Assembly (NCBI GenBank): GCA_963703315.1
Contig: OY969811.1
Span: 2,048,001-2,112,000, forward strand
From: an uncultured cyanobacterium
GTDB taxonomy: Bacteria > Cyanobacteriota > Cyanobacteriia > Pseudanabaenales > Pseudanabaenaceae
Direction of reading: 5' to 3'
Length of the DNA stretch: 64,000 nt
Shown here: piece by piece, positions 22,522-34,732 of the stretch
Layout of the letters: every line of letters begins with the position of its first letter
Position numbering within the stretch: position 1 is the first letter of the stretch
Position numbers and translations under genes: made by a program
The notes under the pieces: model-generated
Database searches by the model: none
What the model was told of the DNA's origin: nothing
What the model saw: only the letters and a program-made list of their open reading frames with translations

Positions 22522-24018
22522 ATGCATTTACAAAGGGTTCAGGTTCCTGATTTTCGGGTTCTAAAAGATGTAGATATCACTTTCGAGAAAGATTTTAATC
22601 CGAGAGTTTTCCCCCTTGGCAGTCAAAATGGTGGTGGGAAAAGTACTTTATTGCAGCTAATTTTTGTATTGCTACATTGCTCAGCTAATTCTGATAGGTT
22701 ATTCGCTTTAAAAAATCTACTAAATGGATTTGATTTACGTAAAAGTGAAGATAAAAGACAGCTAGCAATATTTGATATTTGGGACGGGGAAAAAATTGTA
22801 CAGTTAGAATTCTTTGTTTGCGAGAATTCTTATATTAATCAAGATTTAACACTAGGAAATTCAACAGAAGATCAACAAGTATCTAACAAGTTAACTTTTT
22901 CTTTGATTACTGATTTAGAAAATACAAAAACACAGATAAACAACTTATCTAAAGACATGAATCGAGCATCAGATATTTTAAAGACACTATATTCCGTCTC
23001 TAGAGGGAAAAAAGAGATTGCTCCCAATGGCTTAAGACATCTTAGTTTTGATCTACGGCACTTTGACATTGAAGTGCCAAATTCTTTGCCAGTAGATCCC
23101 CAACTTTTATCAGTAGTTTATAAAGATATTGAAGAAACTCTACAAGATAAACATCAGAATATCAAGCTCAAAATAGATATACTAAAAAACCAACTTAAAG
23201 ATTTAACTAGATTGGTAGATGAATTAATGTTGATTCTCGGATCTAAAAATGTTGATTATATACTCAGTTACACACCTAAAACTAGTGCAAATAAATCTAA
23301 AACATTACTTTGCAAAACTAATGGTCTCGACAATAAACAAACTCAATATTTCCTAAAAACTATATCGAATAAAGTGTTTTTAGCAGCTCCTTCAACTCAA
23401 GTATTTCTGTTTCTATCTCAAGAAGTTAGAAAGTTATTATTTGCAGAACGTGGACATAGTTTTGTAAAGCATACTAGTTACCTTAAGAAGCTTAAAGATA
23501 CAAACAATTATTTGAGTGGACTCTTTACATATGACTTTCTAGCTGTTGATTTACTTATCGAATCTTTTAAGGATGCTAGAGATAAAGATTTTAGGCAAGC
23601 TTTGGAAACTGGTGAGTATGGAAATAGTTATAAAGCTTTATTAAATGACTTAGATGCTCTTTTAAATAATAAGCGCGTGAACCTAAAACCAGATTTTTCT
23701 GCATTAACTTTTACAACAAATTTGACTAATGATGACGTTGAGCTATATCCAGAGGATTTGAGTCATGGAGAACTGAAACGACTAAGTATTTATATGTGGC
23801 TAAAACACCTAAATATTGAAGATGCAATTGTACTAATGGATGAAGTTGATCTTGCATTGCATCCAGATTGGCAATATAGAATTACAACAGACTTAGTTGA
23901 ATGGTCTCCTAGTAATCAATATATATTAGCAACTCATTCTTACGAAGTATGCGAAGCGCTAACCCCCTCTCATGTAAAGATATTAAAACCAAAACTCACT
24001 GAAAGACGCGCTAACTAG
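22522..24018 (+). CDS. ABC-type (AAA_15/AAA_21-like) ATPase
   Basis: Walker A GSQNGGGKST, signature LSHGE, Walker B VLMDE..LALHP, H-loop ATHS; central coiled coil. Confidence 0.85.
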   Translation: MHLQRVQVPDFRVLKDVDITFEKDFNPRVFPLGSQNGGGKSTLLQLIFVLLHCSANSDRLFALKNLLNGFDLRKSEDKRQLAIFDIWDGEKIVQLEFFVCENSYINQDLTLGNSTEDQQVSNKLTFSLITDLENTKTQINNLSKDMNRASDILKTLYSVSRGKKEIAPNGLRHLSFDLRHFDIEVPNSLPVDPQLLSVVYKDIEETLQDKHQNIKLKIDILKNQLKDLTRLVDELMLILGSKNVDYILSYTPKTSANKSKTLLCKTNGLDNKQTQYFLKTISNKVFLAAPSTQVFLFLSQEVRKLLFAERGHSFVKHTSYLKKLKDTNNYLSGLFTYDFLAVDLLIESFKDARDKDFRQALETGEYGNSYKALLNDLDALLNNKRVNLKPDFSALTFTTNLTNDDVELYPEDLSHGELKRLSIYMWLKHLNIEDAIVLMDEVDLALHPDWQYRITTDLVEWSPSNQYILATHSYEVCEALTPSHVKILKPKLTERRAN

Positions 24019-24020
24019 TT

Positions 24021-25013
24021 ATGAGCTTTAAGCAAGAAGAATTACAAAATTATTGTAAGTACATTTTAAAGCAAGAAAGGATTCGTGATAGGCTTCTTGT
24101 TCTGTGCGAAGGAAAGATATTGAAGGAAGAAGTTAGAATATCTAGAAGATCACCTGAGTCATATCAAATCCAATCACCTCAAGTTGATCAAGATGAAAAG
24201 ACAACACCAGATTCATCTTTTTATAAAAAATGTATTCCAGATTCTTGGTTTCAGTTTGATTTAGTACCAAAGTTTTTTAACTGTGGAAACTGTGATGATG
24301 TAATAAAAATCTATCTTACCCTATCAGAAATAATTTCTCAGGATGCAGATAAAAAATATATCCATCCTAAAGAAATATTTGCCATCATAGATTTAGATAA
24401 TCAAATAAGAAAGATTAACAACTATCCATTTAAAACCACACAAGAGATATTTTTTAATCTTTACGAAAATACAAAAATAAACAAATCTAATGCTGAAGCA
24501 AATCATAAAATTTGGGTAACAGGTTTGATTCATAAAGAAGCTTATTTTCTAATTCCAGAACTTCAGGAATTTTTCGATAGTTATAAACCACAGTTTCTTT
24601 ACAGAAATAGCAAAATATTACTTCAAGATGTTTATCATTCAATGATTCTTGAAATTGAACAAGACAAAAATTTAGCTGCTAATTTTGAAATGATTAGCCC
24701 TCGCATAAAAAACTGTCTAGGACTAGATTTCAATAATTTAGATCAATTAAAAGATATTTGGTTAAATCTATTTAAAAGTGAGGCTAACGAGAATAGAAAG
24801 CGCGAACTAATACTAAGTTTACTTACTGTGATAAAAGTTAAAGATAATTACTGGAAAAACATCAAGCCAGAGCAAGGTCTAAACTCTCATCAACATAGAG
24901 AACAACTAGAGTTAGAAATTGCCAGCAAATTTTATGCAAAACAAACCGACGATGAAGCGGCGGCGAAATATCATATTCCCTACTTCTTTAAAATGTTGCG
25001 TAAATTTGCTTGA
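24021..25013 (+). CDS. TOPRIM-like (DUF4435/AriB-like) protein
   Basis: 'LLVLCEG' and 'AIIDLD' TOPRIM motifs; 2 nt downstream of the ATPase. Confidence 0.6.
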   Translation: MSFKQEELQNYCKYILKQERIRDRLLVLCEGKILKEEVRISRRSPESYQIQSPQVDQDEKTTPDSSFYKKCIPDSWFQFDLVPKFFNCGNCDDVIKIYLTLSEIISQDADKKYIHPKEIFAIIDLDNQIRKINNYPFKTTQEIFFNLYENTKINKSNAEANHKIWVTGLIHKEAYFLIPELQEFFDSYKPQFLYRNSKILLQDVYHSMILEIEQDKNLAANFEMISPRIKNCLGLDFNNLDQLKDIWLNLFKSEANENRKRELILSLLTVIKVKDNYWKNIKPEQGLNSHQHREQLELEIASKFYAKQTDDEAAAKYHIPYFFKMLRKFA

Positions 25014-25221
25014 GGGGGAGGCTATTTCCGATACTATTTTTACCTATAGCAATTTCTACACTAGTGAGCTATAGGTAAGTAGCTTAAGCCCCTTGTTCAG
25101 ATAGCTTAATGTACCTCACTAGATTGAGAACCGCTATATATTTTTTAGTGGAGATGGTCAGATAAAAATAGCGATCGCCTAAAATGACGATCGCTTTAAA
25201 AATTGGTCAGAATATCTAAAA

Positions 25222-25779
25222 GTGAAACTTAAAGAGCAACTTAGAAAATCATTGCTTACCCAACGTCGCCAAATTCCTTATGAAATTTGGCAGCAAAAAA
25301 GTCAAGCTCTATGCGATCGCCTCAACAATTGGCAAATATTCCAACAGGCGCAAAATATCCTTGCCTTTACCAGTTTTCGGCAAGAGCCAGATTTAAGTCA
25401 CCTTTGGCAAAAATTTCCTGACAAAAATTGGGGCTTTTCGCGCTGTATCGACAAAGATTTAATTTGGCATCAAGTGGCGATCGCTGATTTCTCAAACCAG
25501 ATGCAATCAGGCACCTTTGGTATTCTTGAGCCACTTCAAAATTTGCCACTTATGGATTTAGCAAATATTGATCTAATTTTGATACCTGCGGTGGCTGGCG
25601 ATCGCCAAGGCTATCGACTAGGTTATGGCGGCGGATTTTATGATCGCTGGTTGCCCTATTCTACAGGTAAGAAAGTAGGCGTAGTTTTTGATGAGTTTTA
25701 TTTAGACGAATTACCTAACGACCCTTGGGATGTGAAATTAGAGGCAATTATTACGGATCTACGGGTTATTTATGCTTAA
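25222..25779 (+). CDS. 5-formyltetrahydrofolate cyclo-ligase
   Basis: 'K..LRK', 'IPAVA.DR.GYRLGYGGGFYDR', 'WD'. Confidence 0.93.
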   Translation: MKLKEQLRKSLLTQRRQIPYEIWQQKSQALCDRLNNWQIFQQAQNILAFTSFRQEPDLSHLWQKFPDKNWGFSRCIDKDLIWHQVAIADFSNQMQSGTFGILEPLQNLPLMDLANIDLILIPAVAGDRQGYRLGYGGGFYDRWLPYSTGKKVGVVFDEFYLDELPNDPWDVKLEAIITDLRVIYA

Positions 25780-25813
25780 TGCTAGGATCATGTGAGCGTT
25801 CAACTGGATAAAT

Positions 25814-26281
25814 ATGGCGATCGCATCAGACAAAACGCAAATAAAATCCCATCATGATCTCTATGAAGAGGACTTTTGTCTGTGGATAGATCAGGCATTA
25901 GTATTGCTACGTCAAGGCAACCTTAGAGATTTGGACTTGAAAAATTTGCTCGAAGAAATTGAAGACATGGGGAATAGCCAAAAACAGGCATTAGAGAGCA
26001 ATTTAAAAGTTATTCTCATGCATTTACTTAAATACAAATACCAACCTGAAAAATGCTCTAATAGTTGGCTGTATACCCTAGCGGAGCATCGCCAGAGAAT
26101 ACGCAAAGCTTTCAAAAACAGTCCTAGTCTTAAGAGGCATTTTTTGCAAGAATTCGCTGATGTTTATCTAGAGGCCAGAAAACTCGCTGCGATTGAAACA
26201 GGACTACCAAGCCACATCTTTCCCCCAGAATCCCCATTTACTCCCGATCAAGCCGCAGACGAAGAATACTTGCCTAAATAG
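25814..26281 (+). CDS. DUF29 family protein
   Basis: 'LYEEDF..W', 'LD..NLLEEIEDMG', 'HLLKY.YQP'. Confidence 0.88.
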   Translation: MAIASDKTQIKSHHDLYEEDFCLWIDQALVLLRQGNLRDLDLKNLLEEIEDMGNSQKQALESNLKVILMHLLKYKYQPEKCSNSWLYTLAEHRQRIRKAFKNSPSLKRHFLQEFADVYLEARKLAAIETGLPSHIFPPESPFTPDQAADEEYLPK

Positions 26282-26352
26282 CAAAAGTTAATCAAGAAGC
26301 GATTTTTGGTGGGGTGAAAAAAGCCGCCCCACCAAAAATCGCTTCTTTGTTT

Positions 26353-26368
26353 GTACGGTAAGCCGATC
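26353..26368 (+). promoter_or_regulatory. Probable K-box upstream of groESL
   Basis: GTACGG-TAAG-CCGATC vs recalled consensus GTTCGG-NNAN-CCNNAC (2 mismatches). Confidence 0.55.
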
Positions 26369-26394
26369 TAGTGACTGACTCTTTTCGCAGTATA

Positions 26395-26421
26395 TTGGCA
26401 CTCAACGACATAGAGTGCTAA
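26395..26421 (+). promoter_or_regulatory. CIRCE element (HrcA operator)
   Basis: TTGGCACTC-N9-GAGTGCTAA, one mismatch to TTAGCACTC-N9-GAGTGCTAA. Confidence 0.92.
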
Positions 26422-26493
26422 AGCTTGCAAAAATGATTAATCAATCGCTTGCAATGCTTACTCTGACTTAGATTTTCAGGAGGTATAGATATA

Positions 26494-26805
26494 GTGGCAG
26501 CGTTAACCCTAAACAAAAGTACATTACAACCCCTAGGCGATCGCCTATTGGTGAAAGTAGCAACTAAGGAAGAAAAAACTGTAGGCGGTATTTTCTTGCC
26601 CGACACAGCCCAAGAAAAACCTCAAATCGGCGAAGTCGCAGCAGTTGGACCTGGCGCACGCAATGACAAAGGTACTCGCGTTGCTCTAGAAGTCAAAGTT
26701 GGCGACAAAGTTCTTTACTCAAAATATGCAGGCACTGAAGCCAAAATTGACGGCGTAGATTATTTGTTGCTTGCTGAAAGAGACGTTCTCGCGATCGTTG
26801 AATAA
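26494..26805 (+). CDS. groES: Co-chaperonin GroES
   Basis: 'PLGDRLLV', '[22 protein letters not shown]', 'YSKYAGTE'. Confidence 0.97.
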   Translation: MAALTLNKSTLQPLGDRLLVKVATKEEKTVGGIFLPDTAQEKPQIGEVAAVGPGARNDKGTRVALEVKVGDKVLYSKYAGTEAKIDGVDYLLLAERDVLAIVE

Positions 26806-26844
26806 ATAATTTGATTTGTACTTCGTACAAATCAAAAAGAATAA

Positions 26845-28527
<1,683 letters not shown>

Positions 28528-28576
28528 TTGCCGCTTACTAGCTTGCTAATAGACAAGGGGTTTAAGCCCCTTGTTC

Positions 28577-28619
28577 ACCAAAAAAGAGAGAGACGCTTTG
28601 CGTCTCTCTCTTTTTTGGT
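28577..28619 (+). terminator. Hairpin + T tract after groEL
   Basis: accaaaaaagagagagacgc-ttt-gcgtctctctcttttttggt. Confidence 0.75.
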
Positions 28620-28806
28620 CTGAAAAACAGATAAGATTTACATAGCGATCGCCAAGACACAAACCCAGAAAGCGAGTGGCGGCGCTAAGCGCCGCCACTC
28701 GCTTCGACTTATCCTAATAAAGTGAATAATTGGAGGTGCGAGTCTTTGCCGCGCACCTCCAATTATTCACTGGGAAGAGATTCGCTAATTAAAATAGGAC
28801 AATTAT

Positions 28807-30000
28807 ATGACTAATCCTAAATACCGCATTTTACTAGTTTCTTCTCAGCCAATTCAATCTTCAAATAGCATAGAGATTCTATCAAAATATCCGCAATTAG
28901 AAATACTAGTTGCTTATTGTAGTATTCCAGAAGAAAAACTATGGAAAGGTATTGAGTCTATTAACAAACACGTATTTGAAACTAAAATTTCAGGTAATTA
29001 TCCTTGGACTTATTTACCTAATTACTCACCAATACCTAGTTTGAACAAAGCATTCGGATTAATTAATCTAGGTATCATAAAACTAGTCCCTAAGTTTGAT
29101 TTTTGTATTGTTTATGGTCATAACTTTGTTAGTTTTTGGTTAGCAATTATTACGGCGAAGTTATTTCACAAGCCCTTATTTTTATCTACTGATGCAACCT
29201 ATTTAGAAGCTGCTTCAGGAAGTAGCGATTGGAAAGTATCACTTAAGCGACTACTACTACCATTTCTTTATCAAAATATTGCTGATGGAGTCCTAGTTCC
29301 TTCCACTGCTTCTAAAAAATTTCTACATTCTCTGGGAGTTAATGAAGAAAGAATTTTTATTGCGCCTTATGTTGTTGATAATGAAGCAATTAGTAAAGTT
29401 GCTCGCATGACCGATAGAGTACAAATACGTTTAGGCTGGAAAATCCCATCAGAGGCAGTCGTTATCGGCTTTTGTGCTAAGTTTATTGCGCGTAAACGTC
29501 CGCAAGATCTTGTTAAAGCTTTTGCGCTAGCTAATGTTGATCATAGTTATTTAGTATTTGTGGGAGACGGACCTCTAAACGAATCTTTGCAAAAGGAAGT
29601 TGCCCAGTTAGGGATTACAGAGAAAGTAAGATTTTTAGGGTTTGTTAACTACTCTGTATTGCCAGAATTTTATGCAAGTATTGATTTATTAGTCCATCCT
29701 GCTGAATGGGAACCTTACGGATTAACAGTTAATGAAGCAATGGTTTGTGGTGTTCCTGTGGTTGTTAGCGATCGCGTTGGTGCTGGCTATGACTTAGTAC
29801 AGGAAGGTGTGACTGGATTTACTTATCCTAGTGGGAATGTAGATGCCCTAACAGCAATTTTGAAGAGAACTCTCGGTAATCCAGAGACTCTAAGACTAAT
29901 GGGTGAGTCAGCTATTGCCCGAATGCAAACTTGGTCATTTCGAGAAAATGCTGAGGCTCATGTCAAAGCGATCGAGACAATAATCAATAAACGAGAATAG
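28807..30000 (+). CDS. Glycosyltransferase family 4
   Basis: 'RKRP.DL', 'VGDGP', 'EPYGLTVNEAM.CG.PVVVS'. Confidence 0.9.
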   Translation: MTNPKYRILLVSSQPIQSSNSIEILSKYPQLEILVAYCSIPEEKLWKGIESINKHVFETKISGNYPWTYLPNYSPIPSLNKAFGLINLGIIKLVPKFDFCIVYGHNFVSFWLAIITAKLFHKPLFLSTDATYLEAASGSSDWKVSLKRLLLPFLYQNIADGVLVPSTASKKFLHSLGVNEERIFIAPYVVDNEAISKVARMTDRVQIRLGWKIPSEAVVIGFCAKFIARKRPQDLVKAFALANVDHSYLVFVGDGPLNESLQKEVAQLGITEKVRFLGFVNYSVLPEFYASIDLLVHPAEWEPYGLTVNEAMVCGVPVVVSDRVGAGYDLVQEGVTGFTYPSGNVDALTAILKRTLGNPETLRLMGESAIARMQTWSFRENAEAHVKAIETIINKRE

Positions 30001-30027
30001 ACAATGCAAAGCATTGTCTATTCTCGT

Positions 30028-31794
30028 TTATTTTAATTTTAATTCTTCTATATTCCATAGCGCACCCTGTTCAGAGGGTTTCACATTTTCAATGCGATCG
30101 CGTATAGCAATTAGATATAGAGGAACTGTCAAATGAATTAGGGGCAACTGCTCCTGAACTAATTGCTGATATTCAGCATAAATAGCTTTACGCTTAGTAT
30201 CGTCTAATTCTTGAGCGCCCTGAACCATCAAGTCATAGATCTTTTGTTCCCAATCAGCAATTTCTCGACCAGGAAAAGGTTTCTCGTCACCAACTGCTCC
30301 TTTGTTAAATAGATGAGAATCACCATCAGGAGCCCAAAGATTAATAGAATTATTTGGTTCCGCCCCTCCAGTAAATCCCAGCATCGTCGCATCCCATTGT
30401 TTCGAGTTATCCAGCTTATCAACAATAATCCGAAAATCTACTGGTGTGAAGTCAACTTTGATGCCAATTTTTTCTAAATCAGCTTTGATTTGCGCTCCTA
30501 ATGCGACTCTGCCCCCAGCAGGAGCAAGTAAGGTAAAACGTACTAAATTGCCTTGAGAGTCTAATAATTGTTGCTGAGCATCGTATTGATAACCTGCTTT
30601 CAAAAGAATCTCTTTTGCTTTTTCAGGCTGATAGTCATAAACTTTGAGTCCTTGTTCGGCAGAGAAGAAGAAGGGACTCGGTACGGAAACTGGTGAGTTT
30701 TGAGTTTGGGCTAACCCGCGTGATAAGTTGGTAATCATCGCCTCGCGATTAAGGGAATAGGCAACTGCGCGACGAAAGTTAACATCATTGAACCATTTCG
30801 ACTTGATTGGCTCCACAAAAGGCTCATTGGTTTTGGGATTGCGTCCTTTATTCAAGTTAAACATGAGAAAGGATTGACCTGTGGCAGGACCAACATTGTA
30901 GATTTTGTAACCATCACGTTTTTCAAAACGTTTGAGGAGTTGGTAATCTTCTCCGCGAAGTTTGTACATATCTAGTTCGCCTGACCGAAACCTTAATAGG
31001 GCTGTGTCGGGAGATTCTACAATTTGCAGAACAAATTTTTCGATATAGGGCTTACCTTTTTTCCAATAGTAAGGATTAGGTTTATAGATAATCCGTTGGG
31101 AAGGACGATATTCTTGAATTAGGTAAGCACCACTGCCCACTAGTTGATCTACAGGGGTATTGATAGTCCATGTCTCTAAAAATTTGAGTTTCTTGTCATC
31201 AGTTCCTTCTTTGAGAGTTGGTTCAAAAATATGTTTTGGTAAGACACTCGTACCGCCTAAGGTGCGTAAAGCGGGGGCAAAAGGTTCACTGAGAAAGAAA
31301 GAAATGCGGCGATCATCAAGCTTTTCCAGTTTGGGGAGAGTCTTAGATTTGCCAATTCGTAATATATCCCGATTCCCTGATGGAATCTTCTCATTAAAGA
31401 TAATGTTGTTATAGGTAAATAGGACATCATCAACAGTAAGGGGCTGACCATCTGACCATTTAAGATCTGGACGTAAGGTAAAAATAAGTTGTTTGCCATC
31501 TTGTTGAAATTCCCATTTTTCAGCTAGGTCAGGTTCTAATTCTTTAGTAATGGCATTTTCGCTAACTAGCCCACTGAGGGTATAGCCGATCGCAATGCCG
31601 CTATAGGCATCATTAACTAGGACTGGGTTAAAGGTTTTGATATCGTTGTCAAGGGAAACAACTAAACGATCCTTCATTACTTCTGATTTGACTGAGCAAC
31701 CCCAAAGTAGCAGTGAACACATCCCAATGAGCAGTAGTAGCACTGCTGCTTTCCATTGTTTGACCTTAGTTCTTTTCTGCATACTTCTCTTCAT
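30028..31794 (-). CDS. ABC transporter substrate-binding lipoprotein (family 5, peptide/nickel)
   Basis: Lipobox LWGC; 'PDLAEKW', 'KWSDGQPLT..DV.FT'. Confidence 0.9.
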   Translation of the reverse strand: MKRSMQKRTKVKQWKAAVLLLLIGMCSLLLWGCSVKSEVMKDRLVVSLDNDIKTFNPVLVNDAYSGIAIGYTLSGLVSENAITKELEPDLAEKWEFQQDGKQLIFTLRPDLKWSDGQPLTVDDVLFTYNNIIFNEKIPSGNRDILRIGKSKTLPKLEKLDDRRISFFLSEPFAPALRTLGGTSVLPKHIFEPTLKEGTDDKKLKFLETWTINTPVDQLVGSGAYLIQEYRPSQRIIYKPNPYYWKKGKPYIEKFVLQIVESPDTALLRFRSGELDMYKLRGEDYQLLKRFEKRDGYKIYNVGPATGQSFLMFNLNKGRNPKTNEPFVEPIKSKWFNDVNFRRAVAYSLNREAMITNLSRGLAQTQNSPVSVPSPFFFSAEQGLKVYDYQPEKAKEILLKAGYQYDAQQQLLDSQGNLVRFTLLAPAGGRVALGAQIKADLEKIGIKVDFTPVDFRIIVDKLDNSKQWDATMLGFTGGAEPNNSINLWAPDGDSHLFNKGAVGDEKPFPGREIADWEQKIYDLMVQGAQELDDTKRKAIYAEYQQLVQEQLPLIHLTVPLYLIAIRDRIENVKPSEQGALWNIEELKLK

Positions 31795-31869
31795 AGTTAC
31801 TCTTTCCTAATCTTTACTTAAATATTTTCCAAGTGAAATAGTATATTTAGCCCATCAGGGCTAAATATA

Positions 31870-32346
31870 CTATTTCACCAATAAAACTACTGCATGAACA
31901 GCGATCGCCTCTTTCTGCCCGATCGCATCCTGCCCCTCATTAGTAGTTGCCTTCACACTTACACAGTCAATCGGTAAGTTCATCGCTTGTGATAGGCGAT
32001 CGCGCATTGCCTTAATGTGGGGCTTAAGTTTAGGTGCTTCGGCAATTACCATCGCGTCGAGATTATTCACGCGCCAACCCTGTGCGCCTATTAATTCCTG
32101 TACCTGCTGTAAGAGCATGATGCTATCGGCTCCTGCCCATTGAGGATCAGAAGGTGGAAAGTAATGCCCAATATCACCGAGGGCAAGCGCTCCTAGCATG
32201 GCATCCATAATCGCATGGGTCAGCACGTCAGCATCGCTATGTCCCAATAGTCCCTTTTCATAAGGGATTTCGACACCCCCAAGGATCAAGCGGCGATCGC
32301 TAACGAGTCGATGTAGGTCATAACCATTGCCAATGCGAATATTCAT
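31870..32346 (-). CDS. ispF: 2-C-methyl-D-erythritol 2,4-cyclodiphosphate synthase
   Basis: 'RIGNGYDLH', 'GHSDADV..HA', 'KATTNE'. Confidence 0.97.
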   Translation of the reverse strand: MNIRIGNGYDLHRLVSDRRLILGGVEIPYEKGLLGHSDADVLTHAIMDAMLGALALGDIGHYFPPSDPQWAGADSIMLLQQVQELIGAQGWRVNNLDAMVIAEAPKLKPHIKAMRDRLSQAMNLPIDCVSVKATTNEGQDAIGQKEAIAVHAVVLLVK

Positions 32347-32468
32347 AGAAGTTTTGCAGTTTAACTGTTTACAATATTAAACCCAATTTGTAAGACGAAA
32401 GACTTTGCTTATTGTCTTAAAACTAGGAAGATTCTGCCATAATTTAGCTTAGTTGCTAACCACACCCC

Positions 32469-33686
32469 ATGAGCGATCGCTTGTCAAACCTCATTACTCA
32501 GACTACAGATCAGACTTTTGAAATCTCAAATCTATGCCATACCTTAGAAGGCTGTGTATTAGTTGTTGATGACAACCCCACTAATTTGAGTGTGTTGGTA
32601 AATTTACTGCGTGATGTGGGGCTACGAGTATTGGTGGCGACTGACGGTGAAAGTGCGATCGAGCAAATTGAATATGTCAAGCCTGACCTGATTTTGCTAG
32701 ATGTAATGATGCCGGGGATCGATGGATTCGAGACTTGCCAACGCCTCAAAGCCAATCGTGAAACTACGAAAATCCCAATTATTTTCATGACGGCACTTTC
32801 AGAAACTGTGGATAAAGTACGCGGTTTATCTCTGGGGGCAGTGGACTATATAACCAAGCCGTTTGAACATGAAGAAGTATTAGTGAGGATTCGCACTCAC
32901 TTGACGATCGCCAAACAACGTCAAACCATTGAGGCACAAAATCTTGAATTACAAGCTGAAATTAGCGATCGCAAACGTGCTGAAGAAGCTTTAACCATCT
33001 TTCTCCATGCAGTTTCCCACGATTTACGAAATCCTGTCACAGGGTTATTGATGGTTTTAGAGAATTTAAAACAGACCGCCACAGATTCTGAATCAAGTAT
33101 TCCTTTACCAAAATCCACTCTTGTGCGAATGCTTCAAAGTAGCGATCGCCAATTAGCACTAATTAATTCATTATTGGAATCCCATGTAAACAATGTGCAT
33201 GGCATTATCATTCATCCTCACCCTGTGGCGATTAGAGAAGTCATTCAGGCAGCGATCGATGATATTCAACCACTTTTAGATAAAGAAGAAGCCGAAATTA
33301 ATTTTCAAATTTCATCTAACTTACCGCTAGTTCTCATTGACTCCACTCACATCTATAGAGTTTTTGAAAATCTGATCGCGAATGCACTAAAACATAATCC
33401 TCCCAACCTTGAGCTTACAATTTCCGTAAGGATGAGTGCTGACAATATGCTCCTTTGTGAAGTTGCGGATAATGGTATAGGTATGACTAATGAACAAAGC
33501 GAACATCTATTTGAAGTTTATGCTCAAGGCAAAACCCAGAATAAACTCAATCGGCGATCGCTTAGTCTTGGTTTAGGTCTATACATTTGTCGTCAGATTG
33601 TGCAAGCTCATGGAGGACAGATTGGTGCTACAGGAGAGTTAAATGTTGGCTCCCGCTTCTGGTTTACATTGCCTACTTCTATCTAA
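32469..33686 (+). CDS. Hybrid response regulator-histidine kinase (REC-HisKA-HATPase)
   Basis: 'VVDD', 'LDVMMP', 'SHDLRNP', 'NALKH', 'GLGLYIC'. Confidence 0.9.
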   Translation: MSDRLSNLITQTTDQTFEISNLCHTLEGCVLVVDDNPTNLSVLVNLLRDVGLRVLVATDGESAIEQIEYVKPDLILLDVMMPGIDGFETCQRLKANRETTKIPIIFMTALSETVDKVRGLSLGAVDYITKPFEHEEVLVRIRTHLTIAKQRQTIEAQNLELQAEISDRKRAEEALTIFLHAVSHDLRNPVTGLLMVLENLKQTATDSESSIPLPKSTLVRMLQSSDRQLALINSLLESHVNNVHGIIIHPHPVAIREVIQAAIDDIQPLLDKEEAEINFQISSNLPLVLIDSTHIYRVFENLIANALKHNPPNLELTISVRMSADNMLLCEVADNGIGMTNEQSEHLFEVYAQGKTQNKLNRRSLSLGLGLYICRQIVQAHGGQIGATGELNVGSRFWFTLPTSI

Positions 33687-33772
33687 AATCCAAAAGAGAG
33701 GTTGTGGCGCTTCGCGTCACAACCTCTCTTTTGATTTAGAATACTTAAGCAATTACTTATCGCCATATATCC

Positions 33773-34498
33773 ATGAGTGGAACCAAAATCTACGAAGGCA
33801 AAGCCAAAATTCTGTTTACGACAGATGACCCTAACGTTTTGCTATCACGATACAAAGATGATGCAACTGCCTTCAATGCTCTCAAAAAAGGGACAATCGC
33901 CCATAAAGGGGAAATGAACTGCGCGATCGCCTCGCATATTTTTCAGTATCTAGAAACTAAAGGGATTGCCACCCATTTCATCAAGCAGATCTCGCCTACG
34001 GAGATGGAGGTTACTGCCGTTAAGATTTTGGCGATCGAAGTCGTGGTGAGAAACATTGCCGCAGGTAGCATTTGCAAACGGCTAGGACTAGAGCAAGGGC
34101 AACTCCTCAACCAGCCCCTAGTCGAATTTTTCTATAAAAACGATGAACTTGGTGATCCGTTAATTACCGATGCTCATGTGGCAATGCTCGGTCTCGCTAC
34201 TCCTGAGGAGGTCGCCCAACTCAAGCAACTTGCCCTAGATATCAATCAACACTTACAAGCATTTTTTGATCTCTGTAACCTCACCCTCGTTGACTTTAAA
34301 GTTGAAATAGGCGTTGATGCCAATGGACAGTTACTCCTCGCCGATGAAATTAGCCCCGACACCTGTCGTCTTTGGGACAAAACCAGTGATGACCCCACCG
34401 CTCGTATTTTAGACAAAGATCGTTTTCGTCAAGATCTTGGCAATGTAGCTGAAGCCTACCAAGAGGTCTTGAATCGCGTACTAGCAGCGATCGCCTAA
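33773..34498 (+). CDS. purC: SAICAR synthase
   Basis: 'YEGKAK', 'EVVVRN.AAGS', 'ADEISPDTCRLWD', 'DKDRFR'. Confidence 0.97.
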   Translation: MSGTKIYEGKAKILFTTDDPNVLLSRYKDDATAFNALKKGTIAHKGEMNCAIASHIFQYLETKGIATHFIKQISPTEMEVTAVKILAIEVVVRNIAAGSICKRLGLEQGQLLNQPLVEFFYKNDELGDPLITDAHVAMLGLATPEEVAQLKQLALDINQHLQAFFDLCNLTLVDFKVEIGVDANGQLLLADEISPDTCRLWDKTSDDPTARILDKDRFRQDLGNVAEAYQEVLNRVLAAIA

Positions 34499-34732
34499 AA
34501 CTTACCCTTAGACTTATTTTAGGTAGGGCTAAAAATAATTTAGTATGGATAGTACTTCTTACTCTTTTTATTCAGCTCGATCCCAATACAAAATAAGTCT
34601 CTAGCAATATGGGGATCTTGAAAGTTATAGTAATTTATTACTAGTCCAAGAAACTTTCTGTTTACATTTGCTCGTCAATAGTTTTCTGTTAAGTATTCTG
34701 TTTAAATATTCTGTAGGTGTTTGGAAGACTTT

